Counted from the stretch's first letter, positions 38,107 through 50,266 are shown. The stretch: DNA of 64,000 nucleotides from Mytilus edulis (GCF_963676685.1 NC_092357.1:70866001-70930000); one strand, 5' to 3'. Translations and numbers: made by a program. The notes: generated by a model from the letters alone, not told the origin.

Positions 38107-39847
38107 GTTACAGGCATTTTCTAAATTTAGGCATTTTGTAAAATGCCTGAAAATTTTAGGCAATCTATAAAATGCCTGCAAGATTCAGTCATTTTACATA
38201 GTGACTAATTTTTCTAGGCATTTTACAAAATACCTGGAAAAGTTGCAAGGCATTTTACAAAATGCCTGAAATTATTTTAAAGAAAGAAATATCAAAAATA
38301 AAAACAAATGAAAGCTTTGAACACCAGAACGGTTTTATTTATGATAATTATTACTGAATGAAAAAAGAAGAGTTTAAAAAATCAAGAACAAATTTTACTG
38401 AATTATTCCAAAAAACTCGACAATTATTTATCATTTCTCAAAATGTTTGATGACAGAACTTTTACACAATATTTGTCCTGAACTTTTGTAAATACATAAT
38501 TGTTTGCTGTAAAATCTGGTTTTAGTACTTCAACCATATATGGAGAAACTTGAATCATCACATATTCGCAATAAGCAATTGCATGTCAATTGACACCTTA
38601 TGGAGTTATTGCTCTTTATAGTAAATTTTCAACATTTAAAAAAAAAAATTGTAATCTTTTTCACAAATAAATGTAAACCTAGCCACAATTTCCAATAGGC
38701 TGTCTTGATTGAAAACTGTATCCGACGACACAACCAACCATATCTTTGCATCCCATCAAAACACAGCCTTGTATGGCAAAACCCATATTGCACAGGGTAA
38801 TCTGTTTAGATGTGGGTGTATAACATTAAAATTCTCATTATTTGGGGATATTAAATATTGTCATATGTTAGTAAAATGCAATACTGTTTTCACGTTAAGA
38901 ATTTTTGATTTTCTTTATTTTTATTTATGGCTGTTCTGCTGGTGGAATTTTCTGTCCATATCTAAAATATCTTCATTGCAATTGCAAGCGTCTGTCCTTT
39001 ATTCGGGTCAATCCCCTGCAGAACTAACCCATATGGTTTATAACCAATTTGTTCTTGTCTAAAAAAAGCATTAGACCGTTGGTTTTCCCGTTTGAATGGT
39101 TTTACACTAGTAATTTTGGGGCCCTATAAAGGCTATAAAGCTTGTTGTTCGGTGTGAGCCAAGGCTCCGTGTTGAAGGCCGTACATTTACTTATAATGGT
39201 TTACTTTTTTTTTAAATTGTTATTTGGATGGAGAGTTGTCTCATTGGCACTCACACCACATCTTCCTATATCTATGACATATTTGCGACTGAAAGCAAAC
39301 AACAAACAATAAGTCAAAAATATTTTTTTTCTCTGATATATTCCTATGTTTTATTTTAATTTTTAATTTACTTTTTTTTAACCCAGAATTTCTAAAATTT
39401 CTATTGTTAATTTTGTTCTATTGACAGAACAATGTGTCCTTCTGTCATTTTGACAAAATAATTACAAATATACTACTGGTATCTGAAATACAGAGTGAGT
39501 ATGTACTTTATGTAGTTTCACAAAAAAGTACACATCATCTGATATACCACCCTTTCCAGCTGGTTTTTGGAAAATAAATTAATTCTAATGAACCATAAGT
39601 TATTTTCTTTGCAATATATTGTGATTTTGTCCACTTTTTTTCGATGATAACCTTCTTCTACAAATTGCCTGAAACTGAACAGGCAATTTGTAGAGTTTTG
39701 CTTCAAAATTTCAGTCATTTTACAAAATGACTAGGTATTTTTAGTCATTTTGTATAATATAATGCCTGTCAAGGTTAGGCATTTTACAAATTGCCTGAAT
39801 ATTCAGTCATTTTACAAAATGCCTAAATTTAGAAAATGCCTGTAACA
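38107..39847. mobile_element. TIR DNA-transposon derivative with (T)GTTACA...TGTAACA ends (possibly Ginger-like)
   Basis: GTTACAGGCATTTTCTAAATTTAGGCATTTTGTAAAATG is inverted at ~39808-39846; subterminal AGGCATTTT repeats. The left TSD is lost in the gap. Confidence 0.7.
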
Positions 39848-39897
39848 TATACATTCATTTATAACTAGATTTACATAAGATAATCAATGTTTAATAC

Positions 39898-40228
39898 CTT
39901 TTTTAAGTAATAGACGAATTAGTTTGAGATGTCCATTTAATACAGCCTCGTGGAGCGCAGTATCGCCGTTCACGTCCTGTACATTTGGATCACATCCAGA
40001 TTTAAGGAGCTGATCAGCAACTTCCACTGTTCCGAACGTAGCAGCGTAGAAAAGCAAACTTCTCCCTTCGGAATCGACTTTGTCTATAGACCCAACAGAA
40101 GAATCAGTCGATACTTTTTTCTTTGGTATTATAACGATTTTCTGTGTCAATGATTTTTTCTTTCTTTTCAGTATAGGAGTTGACCAAGACCTGAGACTCC
40201 ATGTTGAAACAGCAGGGGAAATGTTCAT
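39898..40228 (-). CDS. Ankyrin-repeat gene, first coding exon (basic N-terminus plus two repeats)
   Basis: Acceptor before 40236, ATG at 40228; DSEGRSLLFYAA and GCDPNVQDVNGDTALHEAVLNGHLKLIRLLLKKG; G|GTATTA donor. An upstream GTAAGC donor at ~40685 suggests a non-coding exon. Confidence 0.88.
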
Positions 40229-41020
40229 GTTTCTATCTGTTAAAGGAAAACATATCAATTTTCAATACTGGATGTTGACGCTTATTGTAAACTATTTTAT
40301 ATATGATAATTGAGGTACTTAAAGGTTTGCACTTTCCGTGAAATTAAACGGAAATTTCAAGACTTTAATGTCTGGAGTACCGCAATGTTGTCCGCTTTCA
40401 TTGCTTTTATTATTTATCCTAATGAACTTTCAGTTTTTAATAAAAAATAAAAAAAAGTCATCAAAGATAAGGATAATCGGAAAAAATACCTTACTTTTGC
40501 AAGAATATCTGAAAAAATAGATACAATGTATAAAGGAAAAGTTTGGAGATAGTTCTAAAATAATGTTTTTTTCTTCTTGTATAAATGTATTTTATCAATT
40601 ATAATATACAAATAATTATATAACAATGTTTAATAAAATTATCCGATAAAATAGAAATATATTATCTAATTAAACAAAGGCTTACCTTGTATATATAAAT
40701 CTGTTATGTCTTACAACGATAACATACCTTGTTATATATTACAATCAGTCAGGTGTGTGTGGGTAGTCCACCGTGACCGAATCTGTTATAAAGAGTATTG
40801 ATGATGTGAAGATCTACGTCGCACAAGAGTTTAGGTCATGTTAGGTGTAAAGGACATGACTTACAAGCACCCTGCGGTTACGTGATATCATGTTGTTTGT
40901 TACGTAAAAAATATCTTTTATTATTGCATGTCTGATGAAAATCGGGCAATAATACATGTATGGTTATAGTATAGGAGGATCTAAAGAACTTAATCATTAT
41001 GTGTTTAAATCATTAACTCT

Positions 41021-41410
41021 CATTATTATTATCATCATCATCATGATTATTATTATATCATGATTACTATTATTATTATTATTGTCATTATTATTATTAT
41101 CATTATTATTATTAATAACTTTTTTTATTATTAATTATTTTTTTATTTTTTTTTTTATTTGTTATTACGGATCCATGTATGTATGTGTAGTGAGAGACAT
41201 ATATACACATATATGTATATATGTCTCTGGTGTAGTACATATGTTTCTGCTTATTGCTAATAATTTTCATTATTATCATTAGTTATTATTAATATTATCA
41301 TCATTATTATTATGATCATTTTTATTATTATGACCATCATTATTATTATTATCATCATTTTTATTATTATTATCATCATCATTATTATTATCATCATCAT
41401 TATTTGTATT
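41021..41410. repeat. (ATT/ATC)n low-complexity microsatellite
   Basis: Visible directly. Confidence 0.9.
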
Positions 41411-42789
41411 ATTTCATTTATTTATATTACCTTTTTGCCTTTTATTAGATCACTAACAAATCTTCTCATTTTCAGAGAGAAAGGTATATGGCAAAAGTCG
41501 ATTCAATGTTAATCAGAAAACGCATTAAAACAAAAACAAGATGATTAATATTTGTCCGTATCATATGTCAAATTAATTAACAACGTCACATGTTTAGTAA
41601 CCCCGAATAATTCGGTCGTTATATTCCGCTGTTCTACGATGGCCACATCCCTCTCGAGATGGACTGGATTATTCGGGTTGTTACAAGTTTAGTCAAAATG
41701 TGAAAGAATTTTAGAGAGCCAACCAAAGTTGAAAGATCAAAGCGAAGAACAGTGATGGTGTTACGACCCTATTGACATTGTCCTCTTTGTAGTCAAAGTT
41801 TAAACCCTTCTTACTCGTCCAATTAGACAAGATATTAGCAAATTATTTGATATATTTCACAGTATTAAGAAGAAAAAAAAACAAAAAAAACATCAGAAAA
41901 CTAAAATTCAAGCCGTTGATGAATTGGGATGCTCCATGAGGGACAACCGACGTTTACTCATTTGGTTGAAAATTGACAAATAGAAAAGAGATATATGCAG
42001 AAATCAGAATATTACTGGTTTCTATAAAGTTAACTTTAAGGTAAAATACAAGAAAGCTTTGAAAATTTAAAAAAAAATCGTTGATTATAAAGGGTTTTTG
42101 AAATGGTTGTTTGACACCTTTAAAGATTGTTAGGAATAAACGAAAGGCAGTATTTGCTGCTTTGTTCATAGTTGGTTATCTTCAGATTTTTATTTTCATT
42201 TATTTACAAATGGTGATGGTTCCCCCTGGATAAAAAGTATACTTAAAATACCGAACTCCAACTGAAGCTTAATGCATACCAAAGTAACGAGTACAGAACA
42301 ACTGTCGTAAATGTATTTTGTGTATGTTTATATTGTTTGTCACAAACTTATTGTTCAGAGTTTATATGACAATAAATGTTTTAATTGAATTGAATTGAAT
42401 TACTAGCTTGGTACATGCATTTCCCAAAGAAAATATAAAAAGCAGGCATCGTATACAAATTAAATGATTTCAGCCTTACTAGACGTTGCAGCGTATTTAT
42501 GCATCCCGTACCGACAAAAGGGCGTAGCTCTTTCGTACTTTTGAGAGAGTTAGACAACCAATAGTGAGCTGAGCTCATTTATATACCACATTCACTTCTT
42601 GGGCAGAATGTGCATTGGACATTGAATCGCAGAATCCATTGATAGACGATGATTGACTGAATCGAGGAGGATGTGTATTGGGGTTTACATACTAGTAATA
42701 ATGGGCAAATTATCAAGAATAGAGAAGAATAGCATACAAAATTACAGAAAGATGGACTCCCAATCTAGTTCAAACATGATACATGCTGG

Positions 42790-43147
42790 AACAGCTAGAT
42801 TATATGTAGGGCAAAACCTTAAATACAGTGTTTCAACTGATCAGGCTCCATCATCAGGTTGGTCCCCTCTCGTTTTGACGCTGTCCACGACAATTTCCAG
42901 GGGTGCGCAGGGTGAGTTGGTAAGGCTGAGCGAGGAACCAGCTAGCTCTTCCACTGCTCTTCCCTCTTCCTCTAACCCAGCTTTTCTTACCAAGCTTCTT
43001 CTTACTGGTCCAGTTAATCCTAAGAACCCCAAGGCTCTCCAAAAAATATTGAGAAACAAATATTCTACAACCAACCTCCACTGTAAAATACCATGTTTTC
43101 CAATGCTTCTCTTTGATGTCTCTTACCAACTTCTGGTACTTCGCTTT
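42790..43147 (-). mobile_element. Decayed HERO/R2-like non-LTR element, 3' part (end of restriction-like endonuclease)
   Basis: KAKYQKLV...WKTWYFTVEVGCRIF and frameshifted WRALGFLGLTG...RASWFL. Confidence 0.8.
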
Positions 43148-46100
43148 TGTTATAAAGTTCACCTCACTTTATTACCGTATCATCTGTTACAGTAATTATA
43201 ATTGACAGATCAGCAACTCTCACATGTCTGCACGTTCTTAAATAAACATGCAATTAAATAGATCAATTGAAGTTCTTATACACATGTTGTCATTCTGTAG
43301 TCTGACCATCAAACGATGTACTTGTTAATAAATTAGTTATAGAAACTGGATTGTATTATTACATAGCAAATATATTACACATTTTGGCGACGAGGAAAAA
43401 ACTGGATATTAAAATAAATGTGAATTTCTACAAGTGACAATGCCGACTTACGGGAAATTAGACTCTTTTGATGAATCCGAAGATTGGACACAATATGTAG
43501 AACGTATGGAACATTATTTTAATGCTAATGAGATAGACGAAGAAGACCAGAAAAGGGATATTTTCTTAAGTGTATGTGGGAAGAATATCTACAAATTAAT
43601 AAGGGATTTATTAGCACCAGCCAAACCAGGAACGAAATCACTGGCCGATTTAACAAAACTAGTGAAAGACCACCGAGATCCAGTACCATCAGAAATCATT
43701 CAGAGATTTAAATTTAACAGTAGAACAAGACACAGCGATGAGTCAGTGAGGACATTTATTGCAGCACTAAGAAGTCTGACAGAACACTGTAATTATGGTG
43801 ACACGTTAAATGCGATGTTACGTGACAGGTTAGTCGTCGGGATAAAGAGTGACCGCATACAGAGGAGGCTGTTAGCAGAGCCGAATTTAACATTTGAAAA
43901 GGCATTGGAAATTGCTACCGCTATGGAGACTGCAGAGAAGAATGCACAGGACATCCAAGCGAGTGGGACAAATGGAACCTTTCAGAAACAAATCAATAAA
44001 GTTTCAAAATCATATACAAGAAACAACTCTGGAAATTCGAAACAAGGAGATTGTTACCGGTGTGGAGGAAATCACTTAGCCGCTGAATGCAGGTTTAAGG
44101 ATGCAAAATGCCACAGCTGTAAAAAGAAAGGACATATCGCAAAGAAATGCCGTAGCAAATCTGACAATGGGAATTTAAGTGAAAATCACAGAGAGTTTAA
44201 ATCACGTTTTAAACCACGTGCTCATTTCATGGAGCAGGATGAAAGTAGTGAAAGTGAAAATGAAGTTTACTCAGTTTTTCATTTTGGAAATAAATCTAAT
44301 GAGGCATACAAAGTGCAAATCAATGTAAATGAATGTGAAATAGCCATGGAAATAGATACCGGAGCGTCAGTTTCTATCATGAGCGAGGATACTTACAAGG
44401 AATACAAGTCGAAATTCAGAATCGAACCGACAAGTGCTAAACTCCGAACATATATGGGAGAGCAGATTCCTGTAATAGGACGTGCAATCGTCAATGTCAA
44501 CTACAAGAAGGAAAGCGCAAAATTACCATTACTGATAGTGAAGCGTAAAGGTCCGAATTTACTTGGCCGAGACTGGTTGAACAAACTCCAACTGGATTGG
44601 AAGGATATTTTCTCCGTCGTTGGAAGTGATAATCAATCGAGTGATTTGAATGTGATCTTGGAAGCAAATAAGGAGGTTTTCAAAGATGAACTTGGAACTG
44701 TAAAAGGCATGAAAGCCAAAATTTATGTTGATGAGAGTGCCGTGCCGAAATATTTCAAGGCTCGCCCTTTGCCGTATGCGTTGAAGGATAAAGTGGAGAT
44801 GGAACTTGAACGTCTTGAGAAGGAGGGTCAGATTCAGCAAGTGGAATTTTCCGACTGGGCCGCTCCGATAGTACCTGTAGTTAAGGAGAACGGATCTATT
44901 AGAATTTGTGGTGACTACAAGGTAACCGTTAATGCCGTTTCAAAGTTGGATAATTATCCTATTCCTAAAACAGAGGATTTATACGCAACGCTTGGAGGAG
45001 GACAAGAATATACAAAATTGGATTTAAACCAAGCATATCAACAGATTGAACTTGATGAGGACAGTAAGAGGTATGTGACTATAAACACGCATAAGGGTTT
45101 ATTCAGATACAATAGACTTCCGTATGGTGTAGCGTCCAGCCCAGGTATTTTCCAAAGAACACTTGAAAATGTAGTTCAAGGTATAGCCAATGTTTTGGTT
45201 CGAGTAGATGATATACTGATAACGGGTAAAACAAGAGAGGAACATCTAAATACTCTTTCTGAGGTTTTGTCTAGATTTAAGAGAATCGGAATTCGGTTAA
45301 AGAAACAAAAGTGTGTGTTCATGGCCGAAGAAGTTGTTTATTTGGGATTTAAAATAAACAAACACGGAATCTACCCAGTGGAGAGTAAAGTTGAGGCGAT
45401 CGATAAAGCACCAAGTCCGACAAACGTGACAGAATTGAAAGCTTATCTTGGAATGCTGAACTATTACAATAGATTCTTAGCGAATTTGTCTCACTTGTTA
45501 AAGCCGCTACATGTACTTCTACAGAAAGACACAAAATGGAATTGGGGAAAAGAACAGGAAAAAGCATTCGTAGAGTCAAAACAGCTGTTGAAATCCGCAT
45601 CAGTACTTGTACATTTCGATCCGAAAAAGAAATTAATCTTAGCATGTGATGCATCTCCGTATGGATTAGGCGCCGTACTTTCGCATAAAATGGACGACGG
45701 CAGTGACAAACCAATAGCTTATACATCTCGAACACTTACTTCAGCAGAGAAGAATTATTCCGTTCTTGAGAAGGAGAGTCTGGCCATAATATTTGGTATC
45801 AAGAAATTTCATCAATATTTGTATGGACACCCCGTTACAATCATAACCGATCACAAGCCGCTCATAGGTTTATTTCGAGAAGATAAACCTATACCTACAA
45901 TGGCCGCATCTCGAATTCAAAGGTGGGCACTGACGTTAGCTGCATATGAGTACACGATTGTATACAAAGAAGGGAGTTTGAATGGTAATGCGGATGGACT
46001 AAGTAGACTACCGCTGAAAACAAACATTGAAAAGACACCAACGCCAGGTGATACTATATTATTAATAGAACATTTAGCCACTACGCCAGTTGATGCTAAA

Positions 46101-47945
46101 CAAATTCAAAAGTGGACACGCAAGGACACAATACTATCTATGGTGCTTAGATACATTTTGAATGGATGGCCGTCAAAATGTCCAAATGAAGAAATAAGAC
46201 CGTATCATAGTAGGAAAAATGAACTCAGTAGTCAGGACGGATGCATATTGTGGGGAGGAAGAGTAATTATACCACAACCAGGACGTGAAGCCATGTTAAA
46301 TGAATTACACCAAGGACATCCAGGGATTACTAGAATGAAAAGTCTAGCAAGAAGCTACATATGGTGGCCGGGAATGGACAATGACTTGGAATTAACTGTA
46401 GTTAATTGTTATAGTTGTCAGGAAAACCGCAAGTTACCAGCAGAAGCACCGTTACATCCGTGGGAATATCCGAGCCATCCGTGGTCAAGAATACACATAG
46501 ACTTTGCAGGACCATTCATGAACAAATCATTTCTAATAATGGTTGATGCGTATTCAAAATGGATAGACATACACGTAATGAATTCTACAACATCCGAAGC
46601 TACGATTGGAAAACTTGAACAAACGTTTGCAACACATGGATTATGTGATCTCATTATTAGTGATAATGGAGCCGCATTTACTAGCAAGGAATTCGCCGAT
46701 TATGTGAAATCAAATGGAATTGAACATCGTACTTCCGCGCCGTGGCATCCAGCTAGTAATGGTTGTGCTGAACGAGCAGTTCAGAGTTTCAAAGAAGGTA
46801 TGAAGAAAATCAAAGAAGGAACTGTCCAGGAAAAGTTGAACCGTTTTCTTTTCAACTACCGTATAACGCCACAAACAACGACAGGATTGGCACCATCAGA
46901 ATTGCTTATGAAAAGGAAACTCAAGTCGCGTCTAGATTTAGTTTTTCCAAATATCGAGAAGCGAGTTCAGGAGAGACAACAAAAACAAAAACATTATCAC
47001 GATAAGAAATCTGTGAACAGACAAATTAATGTAGGACAGGGAGTATTTGCCCGGAATTTCGCAATTGGTTCGAAGATTAAATGGATTCCGGGAGAAGTTA
47101 TAAAACAATCAGGACCACTTTCATTTCATATTAAATGGCAAGATGGACGTGTCATTCGGAGACATATTGACCACATCAGAGTACGAAACGTCGATTGCAC
47201 AAACAACGAAAATGAAGAAAAAGATGACAATGACAGTGATTTGTTTGAGCCAGAAATAACTATACCGATAAGTACTCCTGAGACCGAACAACCGCAAATC
47301 GAGAAACCGTCAAACATGACTGAACAAATGGAACCACGCTATCCGCAGAGAATAAGAAAAGAACCATCGCATTTAAAGGATTTTGTGTTAAAATAAATTG
47401 TTGATTTATAAAGAGGCATAATAATCCTCACAACCGTTTGAAGTGCATTAAGTACTTCGCAGTGTATGTGTGTACATATCAATTAGTGTAAGAAATAACA
47501 ACAAGACCAGTGCGAACATTTTTATTTTTATTTTCATAGTAGGACATTATAGTTTCAGTGCAGACAAACTTTAACGAATGAATCGTTGTGATCTGACATT
47601 TTTATTTGTTTCAAACTGATAAGGACTTATCAATCAGTAGCCGTGAAAAGACATTAATTTTCTGTAATTGAGTTAATTTGTTTTTAATTTGTTTTTATCT
47701 AAGGCCGGAGAAGTGTTATAAAGTTCACCTCACTTTATTACCGTATCATCTGTTACAGTAATTATAATTGACAGATCAGCAACTCTCACATGTCTGCACG
47801 TTCTTAAATAAACATGCAATTAAATAGATCAATTGAAGTTCTTATACACATGTTGTCATTCTGTAGTCTGACCATCAAACGATGTACTTGTTAATAAATT
47901 AGTTATAGAAACTGGATTGTATTATTACATAGCAAATATATTACA
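43148..47945 (+). mobile_element. Full-length Ty3/Gypsy (Mag-like) LTR retrotransposon
   Basis: LTRs 43148-43379 and 47714-47945 (TG...CA, 232 bp, no differences by eye); TSD GCTTT on both sides; PBS TGGCGACGAGGA at 43385-43396 (tRNA-Ser(GCU)-type 3' end); purine-rich tract at 47701-47713. Confidence 0.97.
43440..47396 (+). CDS. Gag-Pol polyprotein (Gag with two CCHC knuckles, protease, RT, RNase H, integrase)
   Basis: Single uninterrupted ORF, first ATG at 43440. Motifs: CYRCGGNHLAAEC, CHSCKKKGHIAKKC, IDTGA, RVDD, CDAS/EKE/TDHK, HxxH...CxxC, HIDF/SDNG/AER. Domain order PR-RT-RH-INT. Confidence 0.97.
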   Translation: MPTYGKLDSFDESEDWTQYVERMEHYFNANEIDEEDQKRDIFLSVCGKNIYKLIRDLLAPAKPGTKSLADLTKLVKDHRDPVPSEIIQRFKFNSRTRHSDESVRTFIAALRSLTEHCNYGDTLNAMLRDRLVVGIKSDRIQRRLLAEPNLTFEKALEIATAMETAEKNAQDIQASGTNGTFQKQINKVSKSYTRNNSGNSKQGDCYRCGGNHLAAECRFKDAKCHSCKKKGHIAKKCRSKSDNGNLSENHREFKSRFKPRAHFMEQDESSESENEVYSVFHFGNKSNEAYKVQINVNECEIAMEIDTGASVSIMSEDTYKEYKSKFRIEPTSAKLRTYMGEQIPVIGRAIVNVNYKKESAKLPLLIVKRKGPNLLGRDWLNKLQLDWKDIFSVVGSDNQSSDLNVILEANKEVFKDELGTVKGMKAKIYVDESAVPKYFKARPLPYALKDKVEMELERLEKEGQIQQVEFSDWAAPIVPVVKENGSIRICGDYKVTVNAVSKLDNYPIPKTEDLYATLGGGQEYTKLDLNQAYQQIELDEDSKRYVTINTHKGLFRYNRLPYGVASSPGIFQRTLENVVQGIANVLVRVDDILITGKTREEHLNTLSEVLSRFKRIGIRLKKQKCVFMAEEVVYLGFKINKHGIYPVESKVEAIDKAPSPTNVTELKAYLGMLNYYNRFLANLSHLLKPLHVLLQKDTKWNWGKEQEKAFVESKQLLKSASVLVHFDPKKKLILACDASPYGLGAVLSHKMDDGSDKPIAYTSRTLTSAEKNYSVLEKESLAIIFGIKKFHQYLYGHPVTIITDHKPLIGLFREDKPIPTMAASRIQRWALTLAAYEYTIVYKEGSLNGNADGLSRLPLKTNIEKTPTPGDTILLIEHLATTPVDAKQIQKWTRKDTILSMVLRYILNGWPSKCPNEEIRPYHSRKNELSSQDGCILWGGRVIIPQPGREAMLNELHQGHPGITRMKSLARSYIWWPGMDNDLELTVVNCYSCQENRKLPAEAPLHPWEYPSHPWSRIHIDFAGPFMNKSFLIMVDAYSKWIDIHVMNSTTSEATIGKLEQTFATHGLCDLIISDNGAAFTSKEFADYVKSNGIEHRTSAPWHPASNGCAERAVQSFKEGMKKIKEGTVQEKLNRFLFNYRITPQTTTGLAPSELLMKRKLKSRLDLVFPNIEKRVQERQQKQKHYHDKKSVNRQINVGQGVFARNFAIGSKIKWIPGEVIKQSGPLSFHIKWQDGRVIRRHIDHIRVRNVDCTNNENEEKDDNDSDLFEPEITIPISTPETEQPQIEKPSNMTEQMEPRYPQRIRKEPSHLKDFVLK

Positions 47946-49960
47946 GCTTTCTCTCATGAGCTTCTTCCCGTTTCGATTCCCATGGCACTGTAAGCTCTAC
48001 AAGAATGACATGTCTGCTGATTCTGGACCATGTCTGTACGGAGGTTTGTTGTTATAATCTCTCTTGGGAAGGTGGTCTTACCACCAACGTCTGATTGCAT
48101 CTCGTAGTCATTTGCTGTTGCTAAGATACCACTGGCTTTGCTTTATGTGTGTTTGATGAAGATCATGAACTTTGGATGATTTTTATTGTTCGTTCTTATG
48201 TTGTTCTGTTGAACCACTGTCCCCGATTAGGGTTGGGATCCCGCTAACATGTTTAACCCCGCCATAATCTGTATGTATGTGCCTGTCCCAAGTCGGGAGC
48301 CTGTGATTCAGTGGTGTGTTACATATTTTTTTTCGTTAATTTTTTGTACATTAATTAGGCCTTTAGTTTTTTACATTGTCATTTCGGGGCCTTTTATAGC
48401 CGACTATGCGGTATTGCCGCACAGTGACCTATAGTTATTAATGTCTGTGTCATTTGGTCTCTTGTGGAGAGTTGTCTCATTGGCAATCATACCACATCTT
48501 CTTTTCTATAATTGGTCATTTCTCTATCTTAGTCTTCTTTCTTTCCTGTGTGTCCAAGACTGCTGCTATCTCTCAAAGGACTTGGTCATTGTGTCATGTA
48601 TATCTGCCATCTTTCAGAACTGTGATGCTAGACGACCAGAAATGTTATAGCTGGCCTATCACACATCTTACAGCAAGGGTCTTCAATCAGTGTTTCCACA
48701 TTGTAAGGTTTGTGGATGTTGATAGTACGTCGTATACTGATCCAAGTAGGAAACTTATGTTTTGTCCGTCTATTCTCCACATTTAAAACCAACTGATCTT
48801 TCTTGATTTGGCCATCTCCCATTTCATATATTGTCCTTGTTGTATTATACTGATGGCTCTTTACTTACCGGTCTTTTTCTACCCCACGAAGAACGTCTAT
48901 GTCTTGCATCTGCTGAGTGTCATAACGGTTGCTGAATGTTGCCAAAACCAAGTCGTCCTGATGTTACCACTCAAACTAGGTCTCTATGTCTTAATCGGCT
49001 CTCTGCATCTTCAACAGCGCTATTGATTACCCATTTCCTTCCTGTCCTGACATCAACATTTGCTTCTTTCACCTTGTCATCTTAACTGTCTATTATCATC
49101 ATGACTTGTTCGATTTGTTGATTTTTAAAAAATAAACTCCTCTGCGATAGAAGACAGTGGTAGTTGAAGTTTTGAACTGGTACTGTACAAACCAATGCTG
49201 CTAAAACTCTTTGGAACCCCAAGTCATTTGCGTAAGTGTCTGTTCAACATCCTCTCTTAACTTTCAACAAGGAGTCTCAAAACCACTTGCTTACAAGTTT
49301 TTGACTGGTTTTTCCATGATTGTTGGGATGATATCTCCTCCAATTATGATCTTTGTATTATCCACCTTTCCTTTCTTTAATATAAGACTCCTTAACTTTG
49401 AAGGCTTGAACTATATCTGTGTTCAGTCTATAAGCTCACCCACACCCACTTGCCTTCCAGGACTGCCTTTGCTGTTATTGTCATGTTAAGTGCTCTTGTT
49501 GGTGGCTGACTGACCTCAGATGACATTACAGATCCTCTGCTCATCGTCTCTGCTAATTTTACTAGTATATGCATTGCTGCTAAGAATAGAACTACTGATA
49601 TGGTACATCCTGTAACGATTCCACTTCTTGACTTTGCCACACTGTTGTGTAGTCTGAACTGTAAGCTACATTTCAAAGTTATTTAAATAGTGCTGAAGCA
49701 TTTCTTCAATCTTGCAAGGTATGTGTTATTTCTTCAGGGTTAATGTACTAGCTTGTGTGGTATACTTCCCTAAGCGTTTGCTAGGTCTAACCACAAGACA
49801 GTAAAATCGCGTTTGTTCTCTTTGACTTCCTTGATAATCTTTGTTAGAACGCTTTGTATGTTCGGGGCACCATGGTACTCCACCGTTCTCGAGTGAGGTG
49901 TCTATAGTTGTTTTTAAGCATATATGTTGTAACCCGCTTCGCCAAGCAAACATGATCCAT
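47946..49960 (-). mobile_element. Decayed HERO/R2-like non-LTR element, 5' part (RT remnants and start of endonuclease)
   Basis: VILVELTVPWESKREEAHERK directly abuts the TSD; RT remnant GIVTGCTISVVLFLAAM (ORF 49428..49676); many stops; interrupted by a short repeat at ~48190-48507. Confidence 0.78.
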
Positions 49961-50036
49961 GAACGAACAGCCGGGTAATATGTAGGTCAAATATATATTC
50001 ACATGTAACTATTTGTAATTGATATGATATGATGAC

Positions 50037-50266
50037 ATTGTTACAGCGTGTCTTTTTGGATGTTGTTACAGCGTGTCTTTTTGGATGTTGTTACAGCGTG
50101 TCTTTTTGGATGTTGTTACAGCGTGTCTTTTTGGATATTGTTACAGCGTGTCTTTTTGGATATTGTTACAGCGTGTCTTTTTGGATATTGTTACAGCGTG
50201 TCTTTTTGGATATTGTTACAGCGTGTCTTTTTGGATATTGTTACAGCGTGTCTTTGTGGATGTTGT
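50037..50266. repeat. 25-bp tandem repeat x9
   Basis: TGTTACAGCGTGTCTTTTTGGATAT. Confidence 0.95.

Noticed and set aside
37858-38181. ORFs spanning the N run
   Set aside because: Artefacts of the assembly gap.
42653-43195. 180-aa plus-strand ORF
   Set aside because: Antisense to the HERO-like remnant and runs into the LTR.
43148-47945. Calling the element Steamer or an env-bearing retrovirus
   Set aside because: The PBS type differs from Steamer, and there are only ~320 nt without an ORF between pol and the 3' LTR.
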